NCBI GenBank assembly: GCA_963799485.1
Contig: CAWCXJ010000006.1
Location: forward strand, 224,001-288,000
Direction of reading: 5' to 3'
DNA: 64,000 bases
DNA from: an uncultured Trueperaceae bacterium
Lineage (GTDB): Bacteria > Deinococcota > Deinococci > Deinococcales > Trueperaceae
Positions 29,615 to 39,224 of the stretch are shown in pieces. A program made the translations under genes and the position numbers. Below the pieces are notes generated by a model that was not told where the DNA came from, ran no database searches, and saw only the letters and a program-made list of their open reading frames with translations. How positions within the stretch are numbered: the stretch's first letter is position 1; each line of letters starts with the position of its first letter.

Positions 29615-32600
29615 CTAGGCTTGACCTTTGCCCAGTGCCGGCGAACGGGTCGAGGGGCGCGGGGCGCGTTCGCCGGCACTGGCCCCGTCTTCCAGCCTGT
29701 CTTCTTCGGCTTGCGCGGCTTCACGTTCGTAGCGTTTATGTTCAAACTGAAAAAATGCCGCCGGCACGACGTAAAAGGTCAACAGCGCCGAGGTCAACAC
29801 GCCGCCCAAAATGACCAGTCCAAGTGGATAGCGAAACTCGCTGCCTTCGCCGAGGCCCAAGAGCAGCGGCAAGCTGATGACGACCACGGTCGAGGTCGTC
29901 ATCAGGATAGGGCGAAAACGCACCTTGGCCGCAGTAAGCAGCGCGTCCCGGAGCGCGGCCCCGTTTTTCGTTTCGGCGAGCGTCACGTCGAGCAGCAAAA
30001 TCGCGTTTTTCGTCACCAGGCCGATGAGCATCACCACGCCCAAAATACTGATGATGTCGAGCGACGTGCCCGTAAAGTAGAAGAGCCAGACGGCCCCGAC
30101 GAGTGCGAGCGGTACCGTCAGCAGGAGGTATAAGGGATATTTGAACGAGTTGAACTGACTACCGATAGCGAGGTAGTTGAGCAGTAGCGCAAGGGCGAAC
30201 GCGATGGGCCCGTAAAAGAGCAGGTCGCCCAAGAGGTCGAAGTTGACCCCTTGAATCTTCGTCACGCGGTTGTCCAGCACGCCGGCGCTTTGCAAACGGG
30301 CGTCGACCGCTTCTGTCACCTGCGAGAGACTACTCCCCGGCGTCAACTCGGCGCTCAAGGTAGCACTATAGGTCTGGTCGGCGCGGCTGATACTCGCGGG
30401 TGTAGCGTTCGTTTGAAAACTGCCCAAGACCGCGAGCGGCAAGCTGCTGCCGAGTGCCGGGGCCTGGATAGGCAGACCCAGAAGACTCTGTTCATCGCGG
30501 ATAAGGCGCGGGTTGGCGCGTACCCGAATCGGCGTTTCGTCACCGCCTTGCCGCAAGCGGCCCGCCTCGCTGCCGACGTTGTAGGCCGACAGCGTATTAA
30601 AGACGTCGCTGTTTGTTAAGCCGGTGCCGTCGAGCTGTGCGGGGTCGACGACGAAAACGCGTTCGTCGGTGGTGTTCGATAAGTCTGATGTTACGTTACG
30701 CAGACCCGGCGTATTTTCCAGCACCGTCTGCGCCGTCTCGCTCCGCTGCCGCAACAAATCCAGGTCGGTCGATCCGAGCGACAAGGTGTAGCCGCTGCTG
30801 CCGGGCGGCCCGGAGCCCTCGTTGCTGAGGTTGAGTTCGGCTTCGGGGTAGGGCTCGAGGACAGTATTAAGTTCTTTTTCGAGCGCCACAATCGAGGCGG
30901 TAGTATCGAGTTCGCGTTCGTCCTTGGGGACGAGCTGTACGCTGAGGCTCGCCTGTTCGGACGATGAACCGCCCAGCTCATTGCCGGAGCCTACCGTGAC
31001 CTGCACCGTTTCGACTTCAGGGTCGTTTAAGAGGCGGGTCTCGAGCGTTCCGGCAACCCGGTTCGTCTGCTCGAGGCTGGTGCCGGGGGGCAACGTCAAG
31101 GTTCCGCCGATTAGCCCCGAGTCGTCCGGTGGCTGAAAGTTAAAACCGATCTTGGGGAAGACCCAGAAGAGGCTGCCGAAGAGCAGCACCGAAAGACCCA
31201 GCACCACCCACGCGTGCGCCAACACGAAACGGAGCGAACGCACATAACCGCTTCTGGCGCCGTTGACCAGAAAGTCGCCGGCACGGTAAAACCCGAGTGC
31301 CAGCACGCCGAGGACGTAAAGGACAAGCCGCCCGAGGTAGCGCAGCAAGAAGAGCGCCGGGGGTATCACCAAAAGCCACAAAAGCATGAGCGGTTGTTGT
31401 GGCGCAATCCGGAAGTAAAGCGCCGCACCTGCGCCGAGCACAAGCAGCCAAAACCACACCCGGCGAAAACTGCGGACACCCCAGCGCGCGTCGGTTCCGA
31501 GTTTGCGGGCCGCGCCGCCGAGTTCGCGGGGGCCGGGCGGGAGCGGGTCGGGGGAGAGGGCCAAGCGGACGGTTAAAAAGAACATCGCCTCGAGGTACGA
31601 AAATGTTATGGCCGCTGCCATGGTGACGCCGAACTGCTGGAAAAACTGTCCGATCACACCCGGCAGAAGCGAAATCGGGATAAACACCGCAAGCAGCGAA
31701 AGCGTCGCGGCGAGCACCGCCGTACTGACCTCACCCGCGCCTTTAATTACCGAGTCGCGCCGCGACATCCCCTGTTCGCGGTAACGGTCGATATTTTCGG
31801 CGACGACGATCGCGTCGTCGACGACCAGCCCGATAGCGACGGTGATCGCCAGCAGGGTGATGATATTAAAGGTAAAGCCGAAGAAGTTGATGATAATGAG
31901 CGCACCGGCAATCGACACCGGAATCGCCAGCACGACCGCCAAAACCGAACCCAACCGCCCGGTAAAGAGCAGCACGATAAACGACACGGCAAAGGCCGCC
32001 AAAACGGTTTCGGTGAGGGTGTCGTTGACGCTCGAGGCGACAAATACCGAAGCGTCGCCGACGACTTCGGTGCGGTAGCCTTCGGGTAAATTGAAGCCTG
32101 CCAGTGTAGAACGGACGTTGGCGGCTGCGGCGACGGCGTTTTCGCCGGAGAGTTTACGGACCTCGAGTAAAACGACCGGTTCACCGTTCAGCCGCGCATA
32201 GGTCGCCGGCTCTTCAGATGTGTCGCGCACAGTGGCGACGTCGCCGACCCGGATACCCTGCGCCGAATCGACGCGAATCTCTTCGACGTTTCTAAGGCTT
32301 TCCGGGGTCGCCCGCCCCGCTAACAAGAGCCGGTTGTCGGCAACCGTCAGGCTCCCGGCAGATACGTCTACGGCGGACGCGCCGATAGCTGCCGTAACCG
32401 CTTGCGGCGTCAAGCCGTAAGCGTCTAGGCGGGCCGGGTCGAGCAGCACCTGAATTTCACGCGCCGACGGGCCGATGACAGAGACGTCGGCAACCCCGTC
32501 GACGCGGCGCAAAACGGGTTGCAGTTCATCCTCGGCAAAGCGCTGAATGGTGCTTAAGCTGACCCCCGGCGCGGCGACGGCGACGCTCAAGATAGGCTGG

Positions 32601-33007
32601 TCGGCGGGGTCGAACTTCTGTACGTTGGGGGTATCTGCCCCCTCGGGCAAAAACGACGCGACGGCGTTGACCCGCCCGCTTACGTCAATGGCGGCCTCGT
32701 TGATATCGACGCCCGCGTCGAACTGGGCGATAACGAAGCTGAACCCCTCGTTCGACACCGAAGTCACCGAGCTGATGCCCGGCAACGTGGCGAGTTGACC
32801 CTCTAAGGGTTCGGAAACCCCGCGCGCGACCTCCTCCGGCCCTGCACCCTGGTAGCTGGTGGTCACGGCGACGACCGGAATTTCAAATTCGGGCAGCAGA
32901 TCGATCCCGACGCCGAGTGCGCTGATGACCCCGAACAAAACGAGCGCGCCGAAGACGCTAAAGGTCAAAACGTAGTTATCGACGAAAAACCGGATCAATC
33001 TGTTCAT
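29615..33007 (-). CDS. RND efflux transporter permease (AcrB/AcrD/AcrF family)
   Basis: 1130 aa; AIGLVVDDAIVVAENI, GLVTKNAILLLD, RFRPILMT. Confidence 0.93.
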   Translation of the reverse strand: MNRLIRFFVDNYVLTFSVFGALVLFGVISALGVGIDLLPEFEIPVVAVTTSYQGAGPEEVARGVSEPLEGQLATLPGISSVTSVSNEGFSFVIAQFDAGVDINEAAIDVSGRVNAVASFLPEGADTPNVQKFDPADQPILSVAVAAPGVSLSTIQRFAEDELQPVLRRVDGVADVSVIGPSAREIQVLLDPARLDAYGLTPQAVTAAIGASAVDVSAGSLTVADNRLLLAGRATPESLRNVEEIRVDSAQGIRVGDVATVRDTSEEPATYARLNGEPVVLLEVRKLSGENAVAAAANVRSTLAGFNLPEGYRTEVVGDASVFVASSVNDTLTETVLAAFAVSFIVLLFTGRLGSVLAVVLAIPVSIAGALIIINFFGFTFNIITLLAITVAIGLVVDDAIVVAENIDRYREQGMSRRDSVIKGAGEVSTAVLAATLSLLAVFIPISLLPGVIGQFFQQFGVTMAAAITFSYLEAMFFLTVRLALSPDPLPPGPRELGGAARKLGTDARWGVRSFRRVWFWLLVLGAGAALYFRIAPQQPLMLLWLLVIPPALFLLRYLGRLVLYVLGVLALGFYRAGDFLVNGARSGYVRSLRFVLAHAWVVLGLSVLLFGSLFWVFPKIGFNFQPPDDSGLIGGTLTLPPGTSLEQTNRVAGTLETRLLNDPEVETVQVTVGSGNELGGSSSEQASLSVQLVPKDERELDTTASIVALEKELNTVLEPYPEAELNLSNEGSGPPGSSGYTLSLGSTDLDLLRQRSETAQTVLENTPGLRNVTSDLSNTTDERVFVVDPAQLDGTGLTNSDVFNTLSAYNVGSEAGRLRQGGDETPIRVRANPRLIRDEQSLLGLPIQAPALGSSLPLAVLGSFQTNATPASISRADQTYSATLSAELTPGSSLSQVTEAVDARLQSAGVLDNRVTKIQGVNFDLLGDLLFYGPIAFALALLLNYLAIGSQFNSFKYPLYLLLTVPLALVGAVWLFYFTGTSLDIISILGVVMLIGLVTKNAILLLDVTLAETKNGAALRDALLTAAKVRFRPILMTTSTVVVISLPLLLGLGEGSEFRYPLGLVILGGVLTSALLTFYVVPAAFFQFEHKRYEREAAQAEEDRLEDGASAGERAPRPSTRSPALGKGQA

Positions 33008-33403
33008 GCGTCTCCTGCAGTCGTGTTTACGCCCCTACCCACGCCCAGAAATTTGGGGGGCGTAGCGGGGGTGAGATCGGCGGGTGCGGCCCTTGCGTTC
33101 TCGAAATTACCGGACACGGCCTGTATGTTCAGGCAAGCCGCACCGGTGGTTTGCGACTCTTCGGGTCTCATCGTCCCCGGTAGTTGGTTGAATACGGGTT
33201 GCAAAAATGCACCGCCCGAACGCCGCCAGGGTCGCGGACGCTCATGGGCATTTTGCAGCTTACGCACAGCTAAAGACAAGGTCGGGCAGGTATAGGTATC
33301 ATGATCGTCCAGAACATAGCCCGATTGTAGACGGGAAACATACGCGGTGTCTGCGTAGCGCGCTTCCATTTGAAGCACTCCAGATGACAGTTTGACAACC
33401 CCT

Positions 33404-33443
33404 GGTTAATGTCCGGCGTAGGTTGGGTTAAGTGGCGGTTAAG
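33404..33443. promoter_or_regulatory. Four 11-bp-phased direct repeats (GGTTAAK-like); candidate OmpR/PhoB-family operator
   Basis: ggttaat 33404, ggcgtag 33415, ggttaag 33426, ggttaag 33437, between the divergent RND and LysM genes. Confidence 0.5.
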
Positions 33444-33659
33444 ACAGAAGAAGCTACCAGGTACCTGTTCGACGGGAAAACCAATATCGGTGCAGAGTGC
33501 CGCGGTGAGGGGGGCTCACGCTACGGGGAAGCTTGATTGTTTGGCGCGTGCAGCGGCTGGACCCTAGACGAACCCAAAGCGCAATTCGAAGCTTGCCGCG
33601 AGCCAATCCTGTTACAGTAAGCTGTTACGTGTTGCTACGGCCTACTTAAGGGGATATAT

Positions 33660-35459
33660 ATGAACTCTGTCCGTTCCGGTCTACTCGTCTTTACGTTTTA
33701 CGCGGTGCTCTGCGCGGGCGTCGGCTCAGCCCAGGCTGCCCCGAATCCGGCTAACCTGAATGAAGCCGACCTGACTGCGGTTATCCGCACGCTCATGAGC
33801 CGCCTGAGTAACGCCGACTTGACCCCCGCCCAGTTGCAGCAGCTCGGCAACCTGCAAACGCGCCTCACCGAGCTGACCGGGACTGCCGCGGACAGTGCGG
33901 CTACGGCGGCTACGCCGCAAGCTCTAGCGCAAGCCCGGCGTGCACGTGACGCGGCGCAAACCCGCAGTCAAACCCTGCAAAGAGACCTGGCGGCGGCGCA
34001 AGAACAGCTGCAAGAACTAAATGCGTCGCTTAGGGCGGCGCAAACCCAGGCGGCGCAAAGGGCAGCACAAAACGAGCGCTTTACGGCGCAATTGCAAGAA
34101 GCCCAAACCCAGGCGGAGAGCCGCCAACAAGATCTTGGGGCCGCGCAGCAACAGCTGCAGCAACTCACTACCGAACTAAGAACGGCTAAAGACAACGCCG
34201 CCGCGCAGGCAACCCGAATAGACACGTTGACCCGGCAGCTTACGGCGGCGCAAAACCAGGCCGACGAAAGGAGCGCACAAAACGATGCGTTGACCAAACA
34301 GCTGAGCGCCGCCCAAACGCAGCAAAACACGCTTCAGAACCGGCTGCAGGGTGTCCGGACGCAGGTACAGACGTTGACCACCGACCTCGAGGCGGCGCGG
34401 GCGCAAGCCGCCGAACGCACTACGCAAAACGAGCAGCTCACAAGCCGCTTGAGTGCCGCACAGGAACGGGTTCAGGCACTTTCCGAGGAGCTAAACACCG
34501 CTCGCGGTCGCCGAGAAGCGCTGCAAACCCAACTGAGTGACGCACAGGCGCAAATCCAGGAACTGACCGCGAACTTAGGGGCGGCGCGGACGCAGGCGAA
34601 CGAAAGTCGAACGCAAAACGAAGCCTTGACCGAACAGCTCACTGCTGCCCAAGCGCAGCGAGAAACGTTGCAAAAGCAACTAGCGCAGGCCCAAACCCGG
34701 ATTGAAACGCTGACCGGAGACCTCGAGACCGCGCAAACTCAGGCCCGTGAGCGTGGCGCGCAAGTCGACACCCTGACGGGTCAGCTGCAGGCAGCCAAAG
34801 CGCAAAGCGCGAACCTGCAAAATACGCTGAGCGACGTTCGGGCGCAGGTCGAAACGCTGAACGGACAGCTCACCCAGCTGCAGAACGCCCGCGACACGGC
34901 GCAAACGAACCTGCAGGAGGCCAGGGCCAACCTCGAGACTACCCAGTCCGAGCTCGAGGCCAGGGGCGAACAACTCGACGAGGCGCAAACTCAGCTCGAA
35001 GCTACGCGCGGGCAGCTCAGCACCCTCAACACCCAGCTCGCCGACCTCACTGAAGAACGCAACACCCTGGCGCAGCAGTTGAGCGCCACGACCGGTGCGA
35101 GCCGCGCGCAGCTCCTGAAACCGGCTGAAACGCAGCTCAGCGACGCCCGCGCGCGCGCAGGCATCTTGTCAAGCCAGCTCCGCGACTTTTTGGTCGTCTC
35201 CCCGAGTGTGGCAGACCTGAGCGACGCCCAGCGAAACGAGTACAACACCTTGCGGCAAAACCTCGAGCGGGCGCAAGAGAACGTCGCACGGCTTTCGGGC
35301 GCGCAAGACACCTACGTCGTCCGTTCCGGCGATTCGCTTTCAAAAATCGCCCTGGCCTACTACGGCGTCGGCAACCGCTGGCCCGACATCTTGGAGGCGA
35401 ACCGTCACCTCGCCGACCCCGAGCGGCCTTACGTCGGGATGGTGCTCGTTATTCCGTAA
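33660..35459 (+). CDS. Secreted long coiled-coil protein with C-terminal LysM peptidoglycan-binding domain
   Basis: Signal peptide; about 450 aa of Q/A/L/T/E heptads; YVVRSGDSLSKIALAYYG...WPDILEAN...GMVLVIP. Confidence 0.9.
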   Translation: MNSVRSGLLVFTFYAVLCAGVGSAQAAPNPANLNEADLTAVIRTLMSRLSNADLTPAQLQQLGNLQTRLTELTGTAADSAATAATPQALAQARRARDAAQTRSQTLQRDLAAAQEQLQELNASLRAAQTQAAQRAAQNERFTAQLQEAQTQAESRQQDLGAAQQQLQQLTTELRTAKDNAAAQATRIDTLTRQLTAAQNQADERSAQNDALTKQLSAAQTQQNTLQNRLQGVRTQVQTLTTDLEAARAQAAERTTQNEQLTSRLSAAQERVQALSEELNTARGRREALQTQLSDAQAQIQELTANLGAARTQANESRTQNEALTEQLTAAQAQRETLQKQLAQAQTRIETLTGDLETAQTQARERGAQVDTLTGQLQAAKAQSANLQNTLSDVRAQVETLNGQLTQLQNARDTAQTNLQEARANLETTQSELEARGEQLDEAQTQLEATRGQLSTLNTQLADLTEERNTLAQQLSATTGASRAQLLKPAETQLSDARARAGILSSQLRDFLVVSPSVADLSDAQRNEYNTLRQNLERAQENVARLSGAQDTYVVRSGDSLSKIALAYYGVGNRWPDILEANRHLADPERPYVGMVLVIP

Positions 35460-35497
35460 GGGATTCTTGCAAGGGGTGCTCACCACATCATCGGGAG

Positions 35498-35551
35498 AAA
35501 GCACAAAACTATGGCGAGGTTGGACGCGGCTTCGCCATAGTTTTGTGCTTT
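35498..35551. terminator. Long perfect hairpin between convergent genes
   Basis: AAAGCACAAAACTATGGCGA (35498-35517) with TCGCCATAGTTTTGTGCTTT (35532-35551). Confidence 0.6.
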
Positions 35552-35673
35552 TCTTGGTATCACCGGGTCAGCTTGTTCGGCTTCTGCAAAGGACGTTTTC
35601 TGGACGAGCGGCCAGGTTCCCCTTTACGCGGCGGAACCTGTGCAACCGGCAGCTGGTTCTTAACAATACGTTC

Positions 35674-36591
35674 TCAAGCGTAAAACGCCTCCAGTTCGGC
35701 GCGGGTAGGTGGGTCTGCGCCGGGCCGGGTGCAGTTGAGCGCAGCGGCGGCGGCGGCAAAGGCGAGTGCGCCGCGCCATACGGCGTCCGGCAAGCTGCTG
35801 AAGCCGCTCGTGTGGCCTTTTTCGGTAAGCCGCACCATCAGCGCGCCCATAAAGGTGTCGCCTGCACCGACGGTATCAGCGATGCGGACGCGCGGGATGG
35901 GAACCTCGAGCCGTCCCTGCGCGCGTACCAGCACGGTGCCGGAGCCGCCTTGCGTAACGACGACCGCTTCCGGGCCGTGCTTTAACCAGCTCTCGGCAGC
36001 TGCCAGCGGGTCGGCGTCCGGATAGAGCCAGCGCAAATCCTGCGAGCTGACCTTGACGAGGTGGCTGAGCTCCAGAGCCGCTTCCAGACGCGCCTGATAC
36101 GCGGCCCTGTCCGGGATAAGCGTGGGTCTGACGTTCGGGTCGAAGATGACCGCGCAGCGCGCCCGGTGCGCGGCGACCGTTTCTAGAATCGCCGTCGCAC
36201 CAGGTTCGCGCAGCAGGCTGATCGAGCCGAACTCCAAAAATTCAACTCCAGGTAACGCGGGGCGTGGACGCGGGTTGTAACGCGTATCGGCGGCCCCCTC
36301 GCCGATAAAAGAAAAGTCCACGTCGCCGCCCGACTCGGCGACGAACGCCAGCGTCGAGGGCGCGTCGTCGCGGATAATCAGCGAGCGGTCTACGCCGTTG
36401 TCTTTTAGGTGCGCCATAATCGCTTCGCCGAACAGGTCACGCGAGACCTGCGCGGCGAGCGCGACCGGCGTGCCCAGCCGCGCCGCCGCCAGCGTGACGT
36501 TAAGCGGTGAGCCGCCGACAAACCCCTGAAAGGCGAGCGGGCCGGTTTCCTTAAAGTCGATCAGCGCTTCGCCGAAACAGACGATCTTCAT
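35674..36591 (-). CDS. PfkB family carbohydrate kinase (fructokinase-like)
   Basis: MKIVCFGEALID, GGSPLNV, FDPNVRP, DTVGAGDTF. Confidence 0.92.
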   Translation of the reverse strand: MKIVCFGEALIDFKETGPLAFQGFVGGSPLNVTLAAARLGTPVALAAQVSRDLFGEAIMAHLKDNGVDRSLIIRDDAPSTLAFVAESGGDVDFSFIGEGAADTRYNPRPRPALPGVEFLEFGSISLLREPGATAILETVAAHRARCAVIFDPNVRPTLIPDRAAYQARLEAALELSHLVKVSSQDLRWLYPDADPLAAAESWLKHGPEAVVVTQGGSGTVLVRAQGRLEVPIPRVRIADTVGAGDTFMGALMVRLTEKGHTSGFSSLPDAVWRGALAFAAAAAALNCTRPGADPPTRAELEAFYA

Positions 36592-36792
36592 AAAGTTCCG
36601 GTAGTGCTGTAGGCACGGGTGTAGGCGCGGGGTTGTGCCCGGTGGGTACAACCTTGTGGTGCTGACGCAGTACTTTTTTGTCTCGAGCCGGTTGACCGCG
36701 AAGCTGTGATGCTCTTTAACTCATTCATGTTGAGGTCAGCCTACCGCAAATCGGCCTGCTCCGAAAAGCAGGCCGCGCCGGGGGAGGTCCCC

Positions 36793-37953
36793 TTAGCGTT
36801 CAGGAAGTGTATGGCTTCCGCGTGTGGGAGGCACAGAAGGCAGCGCGCGGCGTGGCGGCGGCAAGGTGGTGTGAAGCGCGGTCTGGGCCGAGGTGGGCCG
36901 TAAAACCTTTGCCTTGGTGGCTACGCGCCCGCAGACCGCCTCATAAGCCGCGAGGGTTTTTTGGGCAATCGCGTTCCAACCCAGTTCCGCGAGTTGGAGC
37001 GCGGCGCGCGGCGCTGCGGCCCACTCGAGCGCACCGGAGAGCGTCTCAGGGGTCAGCTCACCCTGAAACGTTCTAACCCAGGCCTCTCCGGCGTAGCGCT
37101 GCAGGTCACCCATCGCGCCGCGCGCCGGTACGAGCGCCGGAACGTCGAACGACAGGGCCAGCATCGCACTCGACGAGTTCAAAATGTCTTGATAGGGCAG
37201 CGCCATGAGGTCGCTGGCGCGCAGATAGAGCTGCAAGTCGTCGTCGGGAACGAACTCGAGACAGAGCTTGACGCGCGGGTCGGAACCGGCGGCGCTGTTA
37301 ATCTCGTCTCTTAGCCAGGCGTCTTTGGTCTTCCCGACGATGAGGAGTGCGAGGTCGCCGCCGGGTAGCTGCCGAAAGGTGCGTACCAGATGCGGTACGT
37401 TTTTGTAGGCGCGGATATGTCCGGCAAACGAGACGACGCGCGCCGTTTCGTCTATCCCCAGCCGACGCCGCGCCGCGGCTCTAGAGAACGTATCCCGGTA
37501 ATGACCCCGGTAGTGACCGAGCGGCACGATAAAAGAGGGCACCTTCTTAAGGTGAGGAAACTTTGCTTCGGCGAGCCGCTGCCCCTCAGGGCTCAGCGCA
37601 ATCCAGCCGTCGAGCAGCCGGACGAACTGCCGCCAGAAGTGGGGCTCGAGGCGTGGGTGCCTGCCCTCATGCTGCTTTAGGTTGTGCGCTGTCCAGATAA
37701 TTTTAGTACCGCGCGCTCTCGCTGCGTGCATCTCGGTAAGAAGCCGCGTCGCCTGCGCGCCCGCCCAAAACGAACGGGGATCGATCAGGCGGTTTTCAGG
37801 CCAGTGCATATGCCACACATCGAAAGACCTTTTGACCGTCATGAAGGGCGAAAAGTCGGTGACCTCGGCGTCCAGCGCCTCGAGGTGCGTGTAGAGCCGG
37901 GTGATATACGGTTGCTGAACGTAATTGAGTCCGGGCCAGGCGAGAACGCGCAT
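36793..37953 (-). CDS. Family 4 glycosyltransferase (GumI-like)
   Basis: HMHWPE, IIWTAHNL, GHIRAYKNV, LPYQDILNSSSAMLALSF. Confidence 0.85.
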   Translation of the reverse strand: MRVLAWPGLNYVQQPYITRLYTHLEALDAEVTDFSPFMTVKRSFDVWHMHWPENRLIDPRSFWAGAQATRLLTEMHAARARGTKIIWTAHNLKQHEGRHPRLEPHFWRQFVRLLDGWIALSPEGQRLAEAKFPHLKKVPSFIVPLGHYRGHYRDTFSRAAARRRLGIDETARVVSFAGHIRAYKNVPHLVRTFRQLPGGDLALLIVGKTKDAWLRDEINSAAGSDPRVKLCLEFVPDDDLQLYLRASDLMALPYQDILNSSSAMLALSFDVPALVPARGAMGDLQRYAGEAWVRTFQGELTPETLSGALEWAAAPRAALQLAELGWNAIAQKTLAAYEAVCGRVATKAKVLRPTSAQTALHTTLPPPRRALPSVPPTRGSHTLPER

Positions 37954-38246
37954 AAAGCAATCTTAAGTCAAAAGTTTTACAAAAGCTGTGACGGATGTGA
38001 GAAAAGCCACGTCGAAAGCTGCCCATCATGGCGTGTGTCGGAAAATAGTGTAGACCCTACAGGGTCGCGGCCCGGCATTACATTACCTTTATGTAGCTGC
38101 CGGGTATGGTCGTTTGAACCGGCGTGCAAGGTGCCGGTAGTTTAGGATAGCGGATGTGTTTAGAAGGAGTTCGCCGTGAGTAACCGGGTAAACCACAACG
38201 TAACTTTTGGGCCGCGTCGCCGTGCTGCGCGCTGTTTGGTGAACGT

Positions 38247-39221
38247 GTGAGACCTGTTTTTATCTTCGGCTGCGACCGTAGCGGTACGACTTTTTTGGGT
38301 TCACTGCTCGGTTCGCACAGTCTCTGCGTCACCACCTTAGAGTCGCAGTTCGTCTACGAAAACTATAAAACAGCGCATGTAGACAAGGTGTTCGACTTGG
38401 AGCGGGCGCTGTCCAAGCTCAAGGGCAGTTTTCGTTTCAGGCTCTGGAACCTCGACCTGGACATTGACGAGGCGCGGCGTCAGGGCGTCGATTCTTACGC
38501 GAAACTCGTGCAGTTTATCGTCCAGACCTACGCCGACGCGGTAGGGCGCGGGGGCGCTACGGTGTGGGTCGACCACACGCCGCACAACCGTGAACATACC
38601 GTTTATCTGTCGCAAATGTTTCCGGAGGCCCGGTTCGTGCACATCGTCCGCGACGGTCGGGCGATTTCGGCGTCGTTTAAGACGTTGCCCTGGCGTAACC
38701 ACGGCGTCGTCAAAAGTTGCCGTTACTGGGTCGAGAAAGTTGGTCAAGGGCTCGCCGCCGAATCTTACCTCGGCCCGGAAAAATGCGTCCGTATCCGCTA
38801 CGAAGACCTCATCATGAACCCGGAAGCTACCCTTAAAGACCTCGCGCCGTTTTTGGAGCTTACGTTTGAACCGCAGATGGTGCTGGGTGGCGGCTTCGGC
38901 CCCCCCGCCCTGACGGTCTCGCAACACGCCTTGGTCGGTAAACCTGCCGACCCCAAACGCATCAACGCCTGGGAGAAGAAACTCTCGAGCCGCGACGTCG
39001 AGGTGTTCGAGGCGACTAGCGGCGATATGCTCGCGTGTCTGGGGTACCCGCTTAGGTTCGGTGTTTACGCCCGGGGGCAGACGCGCCGGGAGCGTTACCG
39101 CGACCGGCTGCTGGACGTGTTTTATCACCGGCGGCGTGACGGCCTCAAGGAGCGGGCGCAGCGTAAGCGCACCCTGGAGCAGCTCGAGGCCGAAGGCTAC
39201 CTCAATAAACGTACAGGCTAA
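38247..39221 (+). CDS. PAPS-dependent sulfotransferase
   Basis: VFIFGCDRSGTTFL (5'-PSB loop), FVHIVRDGR, IRYEDLI..PE. Confidence 0.9.
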   Translation: MRPVFIFGCDRSGTTFLGSLLGSHSLCVTTLESQFVYENYKTAHVDKVFDLERALSKLKGSFRFRLWNLDLDIDEARRQGVDSYAKLVQFIVQTYADAVGRGGATVWVDHTPHNREHTVYLSQMFPEARFVHIVRDGRAISASFKTLPWRNHGVVKSCRYWVEKVGQGLAAESYLGPEKCVRIRYEDLIMNPEATLKDLAPFLELTFEPQMVLGGGFGPPALTVSQHALVGKPADPKRINAWEKKLSSRDVEVFEATSGDMLACLGYPLRFGVYARGQTRRERYRDRLLDVFYHRRRDGLKERAQRKRTLEQLEAEGYLNKRTG

Positions 39222-39224
39222 GCC

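Noticed and set aside
33004..33378. 124-aa ORF overlapping the RND start
   Set aside because: No recognisable motifs and atypical composition; not supported as a gene
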